A stretch of 64,000 nt of DNA from an uncultured Desulfospira sp. (GCA_963663165.1 OY760175.1:6592001-6656000); one strand, 5' to 3'; numbered from the stretch's first letter, positions 27,789 to 38,874 are shown. Numbers and translations: made by a program. The notes: a model not told the origin generated them from the sequence alone.

Positions 27789-29087
27789 ATGATGAAGAAA
27801 ACGGTTCAATTATTGACACTGGCGTTGATTCTTTGCTGTTTGCCGCAATTTGTTCTTGCAGGGGGGATTGACAACAAGCAGAACTTTTCAGCGCGCTACA
27901 TGGCCACAGGAAGCCGGAACGCGGCCACGGACGGTGCTGACATTGCCGCCTACAACCCGGCCGGTATCATGCAGCAGGAACCCGGCATCACCGTTGAATT
28001 TGATGCCCATTACATTGAGAAAGACTATGTGCACAAGTTTACCACCTATGACACGGCAACGCGGATATCAGGTGAATCAGATGAGCCTAGTTTAGTACCG
28101 GGACTTTTCGCTACCTATAACAGCGGGAAATGGGGCCTTTTCGGCGCTGTTACCGTCAATGGCGGCGGTGGGAAAGTGAAATATTCCGATGGAAATGGGA
28201 TTACCAATCTGCTGGAAGGTATGATGATGACAACTTATGGCGGTTTGGGCAATGCCTTACTGGGTATCACTGAAAACGAGAGCATTGAAGCCGAAAGTAT
28301 GTACATTACCTACACCATTGGTGCGACATATAAGATCAATAATATCTTCTCCGTTGGTGCCGGTGTCAGATGGGTCGATGCCGAAAAATCAGTTGAGGGC
28401 CATGCTGAATTTACCAATTATAACATTTTATTCCATGGAACCGAGTCGGACATCGATATTGATTATGAAGAATCGGCTGACGGCTGGGGCTGGGTGGCCA
28501 GTGTGAACGTCAAACCCAGTGATTCCGTTCTGATTGCCCTTCGCTATGAGTCCGAAGTTGCCCTGGAGTGGGAAAGAAGCTATAATTCTGGAAATAACGG
28601 CTGGGGTGCGACTGTTCTTGCTGGGCTTGGCAAACCAGACGGCGAAAAATTTGATCATAACCTGCCGGCCCTTATCGGCCTTGGGTTTGCCTGGCAGGCA
28701 ACTGAGAAATTGAACATTAATGTGTCATTTACGCATTATTTTGAAGAAAGCGCTGACTGGGACGGCATGGAAGATAATGTCAAAAACAGTTCAGACATCG
28801 GCATTTCGTTTACCTATTCTATACTGGATAATTTAAGGGTCAGTGCCGGATACATGCATACCTATGATGGAATTGATGCGGCTGATTATGATACAACCGC
28901 TCAGATGAGCCCGGTTCTGGATGCGAATTCCTATTTCTTTGGCATGGGGTATGATTTTAACGAGCATTTCACTGTGGAATTTGCCTTAGCTTACCTCACA
29001 TATGAAGGCCAAACAGATGCCACCTATGGTGTAGATTACGAAAAAACCAACAAAGCCGTGGGGATCGGCCTGATTTACCGGTTCTAA
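27789..29087 (+). CDS. OmpP1/FadL/TodX-family outer-membrane transporter
   Basis: Signal peptide, YNPAG motif, beta-barrel, C-terminal YRF. Confidence 0.82.
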   Translation: MMKKTVQLLTLALILCCLPQFVLAGGIDNKQNFSARYMATGSRNAATDGADIAAYNPAGIMQQEPGITVEFDAHYIEKDYVHKFTTYDTATRISGESDEPSLVPGLFATYNSGKWGLFGAVTVNGGGGKVKYSDGNGITNLLEGMMMTTYGGLGNALLGITENESIEAESMYITYTIGATYKINNIFSVGAGVRWVDAEKSVEGHAEFTNYNILFHGTESDIDIDYEESADGWGWVASVNVKPSDSVLIALRYESEVALEWERSYNSGNNGWGATVLAGLGKPDGEKFDHNLPALIGLGFAWQATEKLNINVSFTHYFEESADWDGMEDNVKNSSDIGISFTYSILDNLRVSAGYMHTYDGIDAADYDTTAQMSPVLDANSYFFGMGYDFNEHFTVEFALAYLTYEGQTDATYGVDYEKTNKAVGIGLIYRF

Positions 29088-29117
29088 ATCTCACCGATAA
29101 ATTAAACGTTAATTCCA

Positions 29118-29158
29118 GGGCCCGGCTTGATTTCAAGCCGGGCCTTGTGTTTTTCTTT
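29118..29158 (+). terminator. Intrinsic terminator
   Basis: GGCCCGGCTTGA/TCAAGCCGGGCC followed by T-rich tail. Confidence 0.7.
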
Positions 29159-29222
29159 GAAAACGATTAACTTTCAGCAGGTTGTTTAAAAAAAGCAGTA
29201 AGGGGAAGGGCCTATTTATCAT

Positions 29223-29642
29223 ATGGAAATAAAAGACAAGATCAAAGAAATGCTTCATGGCGATTTGGTTGATAAAAATTTTCCACATTGGTCCATTAAA
29301 ATGGTTTATCTTTTTGGATCATCTTTAACGCAGGATAGTTTTAAGCCCGGTTCAGATATTGACATTGGGTTTATGATTGATCATGAACTTTACGTGAAAG
29401 ATCCGTTGGCGGCCAGTTATGAAGCTTATAACATTTCAACCAGAATCAGTCTTTTGTTAAACAGAAAAACCGACGTTGTTTTGTTAAACTCGGCTTCTAT
29501 TGAAACCGCGTACCGGATTATTTCTACCGGGATCCTGTTGTATGAAAAAGACCCTGAATACAGGATGGCCTACGAAATAGCCCTAAAAGGAAAGTATTTT
29601 GATTTTAAACCATTTTTGGAAAATTTGCGAAAATCCGCTTAA
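29223..29642 (+). CDS. Minimal nucleotidyltransferase (MntA-like antitoxin)
   Basis: YLFGS-x10-DIDI motif, TDVVLLN, Y.DF.P; AT-rich. Confidence 0.8.
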   Translation: MEIKDKIKEMLHGDLVDKNFPHWSIKMVYLFGSSLTQDSFKPGSDIDIGFMIDHELYVKDPLAASYEAYNISTRISLLLNRKTDVVLLNSASIETAYRIISTGILLYEKDPEYRMAYEIALKGKYFDFKPFLENLRKSA

Positions 29643-29735
29643 GGACTGATTGAAGTCAATCTCTTTGTTTCACGGTAAGTTTAATGTATAGAATGGAGAC
29701 CGGAGACCGGATGCGGCGGTGTTGTTAGGTCGGTC

Positions 29736-29789
29736 GTAAGGGCGATTCATGAATCGCCCTTACAGGGGCAATTCATGAATTGCCCCTAC
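29736..29789. repeat. Tandem pair of GTAG-like REP palindromes
   Basis: GTAAGGGCGATTCATGAATCGCCCTTAC (perfect palindrome) followed by AGGGGCAATTCATGAATTGCCCCTAC. Confidence 0.8.
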
Positions 29790-29823
29790 ACCATCACCTG
29801 AAATATAATAATCCAAAATTCAA

Positions 29824-30251
29824 TTTTATTGGATCAACGTTTCCTGTCTTGTATATGAGTGCCCTGCCGGTTCGGCTCAACAGCTAATGGCTGACAGCTA
29901 ACAGCTAAAAGCTCCCTAAAACAAATACTTCCAAACCTTCCATCCCACTTTCTCTTCGGTTTTCTGCCATCTCGGGTTCTGCTGCATTAAGTATTCGGGG
30001 TTTTTGCGTTTGGCGTCATTGATGGCCGCCTGCTGTTCCTGTTCGATCTGGTCCCAGGTCAGGGTGGTCCGGTCAAATACTTTTTTGTTGATGGCTGCGG
30101 CAATCCGGTCGAGTTTGGCAATGAGTTCATCCCCATTGTCCGATTGTTCAAAAAAGGCCATGTACCGGTTATTGGCCATGTCGAATATTTTGGCGTCAAT
30201 GCTGAATGATCCGGCAAGTTCGGTAATAGAACCGGTCAGGATATAGTCGCT
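29824..30251. repeat. Direct repeat A (copy of ~31232-31658)
   Basis: Aligns to copy B at offset ~1407; near-identical in the coding part. Confidence 0.95.
29916..30251 (-). pseudogene. 5'-truncated duplicate of the 3' half of CDS 31323-31952
   Basis: Same peptide from SDYILTGSITE to WKVWKYLF*; lacks the N-terminal half and signal peptide. Confidence 0.85.
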
Positions 30252-30321
30252 ATTTATTTTTTGAGTAAAAGGGGTCAGGTCTTGAATTATAAGAAAAATA
30301 ATGCAACACCCCGAAATCCCA

Positions 30322-30798
30322 TTAAAATTTAAAAGAATTTAAATATTTTTTCAAAACTTCCGGAGCGATGAAAAGTCCATATTTTTCCGTCAGCTCCTTA
30401 ATCTTTAGTGATACATCATCAAATGATATATGATTGAGCTTATTTGCAAGCTTGAAAATACCAAGAACTCCCATGGGCGTAAGTCCTTTTTTTTCTGCGT
30501 GGTGCCTTGCCAATAAATCATTCAACAAAATTACATCACAGTTCAGTTCAATTGCCAATTGGATAGCTTCGAGTTCTCCTTGATGCATTCGTCCAACCGA
30601 ACCAAGAACGAAATTTTTACCAAATTCAGAAACAGGATGTACCGTTATGTAGTCAGGGATGGATTCCATCCCCCACTCACTTTGGACTTTTTCAGGAATA
30701 AAAATTTTGTTGAAACACTTTTTCAGTAAAATCAAGGAGCCCGTTTTTTCTAAAAAAATAAGAGGGCTGGTATTTGAAACAACATTAATTGGCTTCAT
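30322..30798 (-). CDS. PIN-like DUF3368 protein (putative toxin)
   Basis: VVSNTSPLI.L, IPEKV..E, GELEAI.LA, G.LGI. Confidence 0.8.
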   Translation of the reverse strand: MKPINVVSNTSPLIFLEKTGSLILLKKCFNKIFIPEKVQSEWGMESIPDYITVHPVSEFGKNFVLGSVGRMHQGELEAIQLAIELNCDVILLNDLLARHHAEKKGLTPMGVLGIFKLANKLNHISFDDVSLKIKELTEKYGLFIAPEVLKKYLNSFKF

Positions 30799-31046
30799 TG
30801 ATTTGAAAGAAGCTTATCTACAGCATTGCAATCGCCGGAAACGACCTTTTCTGTTAATATAAATCCGCTGTTGAAATGTTCTTTTAATCTTGCTTTGAAT
30901 TCATCAAAGGAAAGCTCTGCTAATTCAGCGGCACGCTGAAAACTTATTTTCCCGGAATGGTATAGGCTCGCAGCCAGAAAAAATTGTGCTGACTGCGACC
31001 CCAACGGTTCCAATATCTCTTCAAAATTTTTTAATGCTGGGATCAT
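30795..31046 (-). CDS. UPF0175-family HTH protein (putative antitoxin)
   Basis: LA..LY..GKISF.RAAELAELS..EF; 4-nt overlap with the DUF3368 gene. Confidence 0.8.
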   Translation of the reverse strand: MIPALKNFEEILEPLGSQSAQFFLAASLYHSGKISFQRAAELAELSFDEFKARLKEHFNSGFILTEKVVSGDCNAVDKLLSNQ

Positions 31047-31231
31047 CCAGGGGCCTCCTTTCCTTCAAACAACAGGTCCGATACCAAGAATTTTATTTTT
31101 TTTTGTTATAATATCCTCTTCGCTGTTGAATTAATATGTTATCGCAAGACTAAAAACATTGCAATCCGGTTTCTTTAACATGGTGGTCCTTTAAGCCCGC
31201 CATTGGCTTCTTTTTCGTACTGAAATACCAT

Positions 31232-31658
31232 TTTTATTGGATTAACGTTCCCCGTCTATCGAATGAGTCCTCGCCGGTTCGGCTCAACAGCTAACGGCTA
31301 ATGGCTAACAGCTAAAAGCTCCCTAAAACAAATACTTCCAAACCTTCCATCCCACTTTCTCTTCGGTTTTCTGCCATCTCGGGTTCTGCTGCATTAAGTA
31401 TTCGGGGTTTTTACGTTTGGCGTCATTGATGGCCGCCTGCTGTTCCTGTTCGATCTGGTCCCAGGTCAGGGTGGTCCGGTCAAATACTTTTTTGTTGATG
31501 GCTGCGGCAATCCGGTCGAGTTTGGCAATGAGTTCATCCCCATTGTCCGATTGTTCAAAAAAGGCCATGTACCGGTTATTGGCCATGTCAAATATTTTGG
31601 CGTCAATGCTGAATGATCCGGCAAGTTCGGTGATGGAGCCGGTCAGGATATAGTCACT
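31232..31658. repeat. Direct repeat B
   Basis: Partner of 29824-30251. Confidence 0.95.
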
Positions 31659-31952
31659 GTCCAACCTTTGGGAAATTTCTTGAATCTGAACGCTCTGGGT
31701 TTCATTTAAGCCGGCGATTTTTTTATTGACCTGGGAAGGGGGCATCACCCAGGTATGGTCCTGCCAGGAAAGCCTGGAATAAAACATGTTGACAAGACCC
31801 TGGCTCACATGGGGCATGTCTTTTGAGGCATTGATTTCAAAAGGAAGCACAGCAATGGTTTTAACCTGGGATGCCTGGGGTTGGGAAAGCATGAAAGTCA
31901 GACAAATAATAAACGCCATTGCCAGTGAATAAATCAGGTTGCTTTTTTTCAA
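31323..31952 (-). CDS. Exported TolB-N/CsgG-like single-domain protein
   Basis: Signal peptide; IAVLPFEINA..SRLSW..DYILTGSIT..SIDAK, paralogous to the N-domain of 24430-26064. Confidence 0.75.
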   Translation of the reverse strand: MKKSNLIYSLAMAFIICLTFMLSQPQASQVKTIAVLPFEINASKDMPHVSQGLVNMFYSRLSWQDHTWVMPPSQVNKKIAGLNETQSVQIQEISQRLDSDYILTGSITELAGSFSIDAKIFDMANNRYMAFFEQSDNGDELIAKLDRIAAAINKKVFDRTTLTWDQIEQEQQAAINDAKRKNPEYLMQQNPRWQKTEEKVGWKVWKYLF

Positions 31953-31964
31953 GATAACCGTCCT

Positions 31965-33392
31965 TTACAGTTTGGATTTAAGCAGGGGGGTAACCACCTT
32001 GGGATCCGCCTTGCCCCTGGATTTTTTCATGATCTGCCCCATAAAGAAGCTGAACAACTTGGTTTTTCCCTGTCTGTAGGCGTCAACCTCATCGGGGTTT
32101 TCCGTGATCACGGCCTCAACCATAGATTCGAGTTCAGACAGGTCGGACACCTGTTCAAGCCCTTTTTCGCGGACGATGTCGGCAGCCGGCTTGCCGGTCT
32201 CAGCCATCTGCTCAAATACCTCTTTGCCGGCCCTGGCATTGATGGTTCCGTTTTCCATGAGATGGAGCAGTTCAAAAAATGCTTTGGCCGTGACCGGGGA
32301 CTCATGGATTTCTATTCCCCTGGCATTGAGCATACCCAAAAGGGTGGTCATGGTCCAGTTGGCCGCCTGTTTGATATCTTTAAGACCTTTGACTGTCTCT
32401 TCAAAGAAATCGGCTAAGTCAAGGCTTGCCGTCAGTACCTGGGCGTCATATTCGGACAGCGCATACTGGTCAACAAACCGCGCCTTTTTCTCATCGGGCA
32501 GTTCAGGCATTTCTTTGGCAGCCGTCTTTATCCATTCATCATCCACAATCAGCGGCACCAGGTCCGGATCGGGAAAATACCGGTAGTCGTGGGCCTCTTC
32601 CTTTCCTCTCATGGAAAAGGTCTTATTCTGGTCAGGGTCCCACAGGCGGGTTTCCTGGACCACGGTATCACCGGCATCCAGCACATAGGACTGGCGCTGG
32701 ATTTCATACAAAATGGCCTTTTCGACATTTTTAAAGGAGTTCAGGTTTTTCAGCTCCGCCCGGATGCCGAATTCCTCCTGGCCTTTAGGCCGTAATGACA
32801 CGTTGGCATCACACCGGAAACTGCCTTCTTCCATGTTGCCGTCACACACGTCAATATACTTTAAAATGGCATGAAGCTTTCTTAAATAAGCACCGGCTTC
32901 TTCGGCGCTTCGGATATCGGGTTCGCTGACAATCTCAATTAAGGGAACACCGGTCCGGTTCAGGTCCACCATGCTTCTGGCCCTGGCCGGATCATGGATG
33001 AGTTTTCCGGCATCTTCTTCCATATGAATTCGGGTGATGCCGATGCGCCGGGGGCCGCGACCCTCGGTTTCAATATCTAAATGGCCGTGTTCGGCAATGG
33101 GGAATTCGTACTGGGAGATCTGGTATCCTTTGGGCAAATCCGGATAAAAGTAGTTTTTCCGGTCAAACCGGCTTTCTTTGTTGATGGTGCAGTTGGTGGC
33201 AAGGGCGGCCTTGATGGCAAAGGTGACGGCGGTCTGGTTGAGGACCGGCAACACCCCGGGCATCCCGGTGCAGACCGGGCAGGTATTGGCGTTGGGAGAT
33301 TTTCCAAACTCGGTGGAGCAGGCGCAAAAAATTTTTGTTTTGGTTTTCAGCTGGGCATGGACTTCAAGGCCAATGACAGGTTCATATATCAT
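31965..33392 (-). CDS. gatB: Asp/Glu-tRNA amidotransferase subunit B
   Basis: [44 protein letters not shown]. Confidence 0.97.
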   Translation of the reverse strand: MIYEPVIGLEVHAQLKTKTKIFCACSTEFGKSPNANTCPVCTGMPGVLPVLNQTAVTFAIKAALATNCTINKESRFDRKNYFYPDLPKGYQISQYEFPIAEHGHLDIETEGRGPRRIGITRIHMEEDAGKLIHDPARARSMVDLNRTGVPLIEIVSEPDIRSAEEAGAYLRKLHAILKYIDVCDGNMEEGSFRCDANVSLRPKGQEEFGIRAELKNLNSFKNVEKAILYEIQRQSYVLDAGDTVVQETRLWDPDQNKTFSMRGKEEAHDYRYFPDPDLVPLIVDDEWIKTAAKEMPELPDEKKARFVDQYALSEYDAQVLTASLDLADFFEETVKGLKDIKQAANWTMTTLLGMLNARGIEIHESPVTAKAFFELLHLMENGTINARAGKEVFEQMAETGKPAADIVREKGLEQVSDLSELESMVEAVITENPDEVDAYRQGKTKLFSFFMGQIMKKSRGKADPKVVTPLLKSKL

Positions 33393-33545
33393 AAATGGTC
33401 TGTTTCCCGAATGGGTTCTAAGTTAATTAAAGTGTAATCAGGCTTTCTATATACCCATTGAATTTAGATTTTTCAAGTTATTTAAACTTAAGCAATCTTG
33501 TGATATATTCGCAGATTTAAAATAACCAAAGCATGGAAGGCTGTA

Positions 33546-33737
33546 ATGAAATTTTTCCTTAGTGTCATCGGCATGGTCATGATTGTGGAAGGACTGCCTT
33601 ACTTTGCCTTTCCTAAGCGGATGAAAGAGATGGTTCAGGTGATTTTAGGCCTTGAAGAGTCTCAGTTGCGGCGGTTTGGCTTTTTTCTCATGCTGATCGG
33701 GCTAGGGGTGGTTTACGCGGCTGCCGGGAGAGGGTAA
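33546..33737 (+). CDS. DUF2065 small membrane protein
   Basis: IG.VMIVEGLPYFAFP..MK...LRRFG. Confidence 0.8.
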   Translation: MKFFLSVIGMVMIVEGLPYFAFPKRMKEMVQVILGLEESQLRRFGFFLMLIGLGVVYAAAGRG

Positions 33738-34814
33738 GTGTATTTAATATCCGACTATGACTATGACCTGCCTGAGGACAAGATTGCCCAGGTGCCCTGT
33801 GAAAACCGGAGCCAATCCAGGCTCATGCACCTTCGGCGTGACGGCCATGGCCTGTTTCACCGAAAATTTCAGGATTTGCCGGACCTGCTTCACCCCGGGG
33901 ACCTGCTGGTGGTCAACGATACCCGGGTGGTTCCGGCCAGGCTGTTCGGAAAAAAGGAAACCGGGGGCAGGGTAGAGGTATTTGTCCTGGATTATGCCCA
34001 GGGGTTAAATCACCTTGAACAAACCGGGGTGTTTCAATGCAACTGCCTGATCCGGGCATCCATAAGCCCTAAGGCCGGGGCTGTCCTGACCCTTGAAGGA
34101 AAGGACGGCGCCCTAATGAAGGCCCGTGTGGAACAGGTTAAAGGCACGATGTTTGAACTTTGTTTTCTGGACGGGGATCTGTTCCCCGAGTTTTTACGGT
34201 GCAACGGCCGGGTGCCATTGCCGCCCTATATCAAGCGGGAACCGTCTTCCGGTGAACACAACAGCGACAAAGAAAATTATCAGACCGTTTATGCCAGAAA
34301 CGAGGGGGCAGTGGCCGCCCCTACGGCCGGGCTTCACTTTACCGGTGATTTGATCCGGGTGTTAACGCAAAAAGGGGTCACCCTGGCCCCCATCACCCTT
34401 CATGTGGGCTACGGCACCTTTGTTCCGGTCCGGTGCAAGGATATCCGAGACCATGAGATTCATACGGAAATTTATTCTCTGTCCCCGTCCACCGCTGAAT
34501 TGATCAATCAGGCCAAAGCGGAAAAAAGACGTGTGGTGGCCGTTGGCACCACATCGGTCAGGACCCTGGAGTTTTTGGCTGATGAGGCCGGGTGCGTTCA
34601 ACCCGGCTCAGGCACCTGTAACCTTTATATTTACCCGGGGTATCAATTTAAATGTGTGGATGCCATGGTCACCAATTTTCATTTGCCAAAATCCACGCTG
34701 ATTATGCTGGTGTCTGCATTTTATGACCGGGAACGGGTGCTGGCGGCCTATGAAACCGCCGTGACCGAGGATTACCGGTTCTTCAGTTATGGGGATGCCA
34801 TGTTCATCGAATAG
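33738..34814 (+). CDS. queA: S-adenosylmethionine:tRNA ribosyltransferase-isomerase
   Basis: PLPPYI, AVAAPTAGLHFT, TNFHLPKSTL, YRFFSYGDAM. Confidence 0.96.
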   Translation: MYLISDYDYDLPEDKIAQVPCENRSQSRLMHLRRDGHGLFHRKFQDLPDLLHPGDLLVVNDTRVVPARLFGKKETGGRVEVFVLDYAQGLNHLEQTGVFQCNCLIRASISPKAGAVLTLEGKDGALMKARVEQVKGTMFELCFLDGDLFPEFLRCNGRVPLPPYIKREPSSGEHNSDKENYQTVYARNEGAVAAPTAGLHFTGDLIRVLTQKGVTLAPITLHVGYGTFVPVRCKDIRDHEIHTEIYSLSPSTAELINQAKAEKRRVVAVGTTSVRTLEFLADEAGCVQPGSGTCNLYIYPGYQFKCVDAMVTNFHLPKSTLIMLVSAFYDRERVLAAYETAVTEDYRFFSYGDAMFIE

Positions 34815-34816
34815 AG

Positions 34817-34942
34817 GTATTTGAACGAAAACTTACCCATCTGCGGCGTTGCTGCGAAATTTTAAGATCCTCACGTACAACCGTACGCTCCGGTCTTAAA
34901 ATTCCTTGCGCCTTGCATATGGCCAAGGGGGCATCCAAATAT
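34817..34942. repeat. Structured ~125-bp dispersed repeat, copy 2
   Basis: GTATTTGAAC...CAAATAT; same internal-loop motifs as copy 1. Confidence 0.85.
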
Positions 34943-34955
34943 CAAAGAGGTGTAG

Positions 34956-36152
<1,197 letters not shown>

Positions 36153-36176
36153 TTTCCTAAATACGGGAGAGTATAT

Positions 36177-36524
36177 ATGCATGAAATGGGAATTGCCCAG
36201 CAGCTGGTTCAGATCGCCATTGAGTCCATCCCAAAGGATATGGAAAATCCAAAGGTGGAGACGGTTAATTTGAGAATCGGAAAGCTGGCGGCTGTGGTGG
36301 AACACAGCCTGACGTTCTGTTTTGAAATTATTACCAAGGACACCCCTTTGGAGAATGCTCAGCTGGTCATCGATTCGGTTCCCGTAAAGATACACTGCAA
36401 CACCTGCGGCCATGAATGGGAGGCGGATTCCCCCATGTTCAAGTGTCCTGAATGCAAAGACGGGGAAATTGAGATGGTTTCAGGAAGGGAGATTGATATA
36501 ACGTCTATCGAAATAGCAGATTAA
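36177..36524 (+). CDS. hypA: Hydrogenase nickel metallochaperone HypA
   Basis: MHEMGIA, two CxxC motifs, SGRE. Confidence 0.93.
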   Translation: MHEMGIAQQLVQIAIESIPKDMENPKVETVNLRIGKLAAVVEHSLTFCFEIITKDTPLENAQLVIDSVPVKIHCNTCGHEWEADSPMFKCPECKDGEIEMVSGREIDITSIEIAD

Positions 36525-36544
36525 CAGGGAAAGGGTTTTAGCTT

Positions 36545-37213
36545 ATGGAAATCAAGATACAAAAACGGGTATTGGAGAAAAACGAGACCGATGCAGATAA
36601 AAACCGGGCCTTTTTCAAAGACGCCAATCTGTTTGTTTTAAATATGATGTCCTCCCCGGGATCGGGAAAAACCCAGACCCTGTGCGAATCTTTGGGAAAA
36701 CTCATGCCCGAGATCCGGACCGGGGTCATTGTGGGGGATATCTGCACGGCCAATGATGCGGACCGGCTCAAGGTCACCGGGGCCAAGGTCACCCAGATCA
36801 ATACAGACCAGTTCGGGGGAGACTGCCATCTGTCAGCCGCCCTTGTGGGGCAGTCCGCAAGGCAGCTCGGGTGTGAGGACCTGGATCTTTTGATTGTGGA
36901 AAATATCGGGAACCTGGTCTGCCCCGCCGAGTTTGATATTGGCGAGGACGCCAGGGCCGTTGTCTTGAGCGTGACCGAAGGCGAAGATAAACCCTTGAAA
37001 TACCCCCTTATGTTCCAGGTGGCGGATGTGGCGCTGTTAAATAAGGTGGATCTTCTGCCCTATCTTGATTTTGATGCGGCCCTGGCTGTGGAGAATATGG
37101 GACAGGTTCACCCGGGCATGCCGGTGTTTCAGGTTTCGGCTAAGACCGGCCAGGGGCTTGAGGCGTGGCTGGAGTGGATCCGGGAGAAGGTTTGGCTTAA
37201 GGTGGGAAGGTGA
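36545..37213 (+). CDS. hypB: Hydrogenase nickel incorporation GTPase HypB
   Basis: SSPGSGKT, CHL, ENIGNLVCPAEFDIGE, EGEDKPLKYP. Confidence 0.95.
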   Translation: MEIKIQKRVLEKNETDADKNRAFFKDANLFVLNMMSSPGSGKTQTLCESLGKLMPEIRTGVIVGDICTANDADRLKVTGAKVTQINTDQFGGDCHLSAALVGQSARQLGCEDLDLLIVENIGNLVCPAEFDIGEDARAVVLSVTEGEDKPLKYPLMFQVADVALLNKVDLLPYLDFDAALAVENMGQVHPGMPVFQVSAKTGQGLEAWLEWIREKVWLKVGR

Positions 37214-37240
37214 GAAAGTGAGAAAGCGAGCAGGTGAGAA
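37202..37240. repeat. Degenerate octamer array (GTGAGAAA)n; includes the hypB stop codon
   Basis: gtgggaag gtgagaaa gtgagaaa gcgagcag gtgagaaa. Confidence 0.65.
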
Positions 37241-37324
37241 ATCCTGGCCCTGAGGGATCTTGACAGTTGATGTGCAATCATTGTATGTTTCGATATAAGT
37301 CTTAAAGATTATGGGGGATATAAT

Positions 37325-37576
37325 ATGCGTACATGCACAGTGAATATTGCCTTTCAAAAAGATTTACTTCAGGAAATTGACCGGATTGCCAAGGAAGAGT
37401 CCCGCAGCCGCTCTGAGTTTCTTCGCGAGGCAGCGCGGGCATACATCCAGCGCAAACAAAGATGGGCCGATATTTTTTCCATGGGGCAAATGATTGCCAG
37501 GGATAAAAATCTTGTTCCTGAGGATGTATCTAAAGAGATCCAACTGTATCGAAGGGAAAAGGCAGCGGGAAGATGA
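37325..37576 (+). CDS. Ribbon-helix-helix (CopG-like) antitoxin
   Basis: TVNIAF...LL.EID..A....RSRSEFLREA. Confidence 0.82.
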   Translation: MRTCTVNIAFQKDLLQEIDRIAKEESRSRSEFLREAARAYIQRKQRWADIFSMGQMIARDKNLVPEDVSKEIQLYRREKAAGR

Positions 37577-37986
37577 CCGCTCGCGTAGTTCTGGATTCCA
37601 ATGTGATCACCTCTGGATTTTTATTCGGAGGGCCACCGGCCCGTCTAATTGAACATATTGTAAATGGGACGATACACGGCTTCACATCTTTGCCGATTCT
37701 TGATGAAGTGCGGGAGGTTTTACAGCGCCCAAAATTGGGCCTTTCACCTGAACAGGCATTCCGTTTAATTGAAGAACTGCATAACTCATGTGCTTTGGTG
37801 AAACCAAGCCGCCGGGTCCGGGCGATTATAGATGACCCGGATGATGATATGATTTTGGAATGCGCTTTCGAGGCCAATGCTGATCTGATCATATCCGGTG
37901 ACGCGCATTTGCTGAATCTCGGCTGTTGGGAACATATCCGGATATTGTCACCATCCCGCGCATTAAAGGAAATTGAGGGGCAATAA
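37573..37986 (+). CDS. PIN-domain toxin
   Basis: VVLDSNV.TSG, DPDDDMILECA, ADLIISGD.HLL; ATGA overlap with the antitoxin. Confidence 0.85.
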   Translation: MTARVVLDSNVITSGFLFGGPPARLIEHIVNGTIHGFTSLPILDEVREVLQRPKLGLSPEQAFRLIEELHNSCALVKPSRRVRAIIDDPDDDMILECAFEANADLIISGDAHLLNLGCWEHIRILSPSRALKEIEGQ

Positions 37987-38000
37987 TTGATGGGGGTCTT

Positions 38001-38864
38001 ATGGAAATAAAGACGGCTGCTTTTGCAGGGTCCTGGTATCCCCGGGATAAAAAGGGGTGTGAGGTTGCCATCCAGGGATTTTTAAAAGAAAAATCCGGTC
38101 CCCTTAAAGGCGATTTTACAGCCGGTGTTGTTCCCCATGCCGGCTGGGTTTTTTCAGGCGCCATTGCCTGCCGGGTAATGGCAAGCCTTGTACCGGCCAG
38201 GGGGGGGGATGCGGTGGATACCGTTCTTCTTTTCGGGTGCCACATGCATGAGAATTCCCAAAGTTATGTCATGGGCGGCGGCGCAGTTGAAACCCCTTTT
38301 GGCATGATTGAAGTGGACACTGAACTTGCAGACGGCCTGGCTTCTGATGCCAGCCTGGGCATCCAATCCATTTCTCCGTCAAAATTCCCTCAGGAAAATA
38401 CCCTGGAACTTCAATACCCGTTTATCAAATATTTCTTCCCCAACGCCCGGATTCTGGTATCCGGGGTGGCCCCGTCTTCCCTGGCCGCCCGTATCGGCCG
38501 GGCCGCTGTCGCCCACGCCATGGATTTGAACCGGAACATCAAAATCATCGGGTCTACAGATATGAGCCATTATGGCCCGGGGTTTGGATTTACCCCGGCC
38601 GGAACCGGCCCCAAAGCGGTTGACTGGGTAACAAATCAAAATGATGCCAAGGCCATTGCCTCCATGAAATCCATGGATGAGGATGCCATACTTGAACAGG
38701 GACTGGAACATCATAATATGTGCTGCCCGGGTGCCGTGGCCGCAACCGTTGCCGCAGCCAAAAAAATGGGCGCCGCCAAAGCCTTTTTGCTTGACTATGC
38801 CACAAGTTTCGAAACATCCAGGTCTGACTCTTTTGTGGGCTATTCAGGCCTGCTTTACGGGTAA
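38001..38864 (+). CDS. AmmeMemoRadiSam system protein B (MEMO1 family)
   Basis: AFAGSWYP, VPHAGWVFSG, ENTLELQ.PF, STDMSHYG, VGY. Confidence 0.85.
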   Translation: MEIKTAAFAGSWYPRDKKGCEVAIQGFLKEKSGPLKGDFTAGVVPHAGWVFSGAIACRVMASLVPARGGDAVDTVLLFGCHMHENSQSYVMGGGAVETPFGMIEVDTELADGLASDASLGIQSISPSKFPQENTLELQYPFIKYFFPNARILVSGVAPSSLAARIGRAAVAHAMDLNRNIKIIGSTDMSHYGPGFGFTPAGTGPKAVDWVTNQNDAKAIASMKSMDEDAILEQGLEHHNMCCPGAVAATVAAAKKMGAAKAFLLDYATSFETSRSDSFVGYSGLLYG

Positions 38865-38874
38865 GGCGGTTCCC

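Noticed and set aside
29916..30179. Independent 87-aa gene
   Set aside because: Starts at an internal Met of a duplicated gene fragment; no signal peptide or evident RBS
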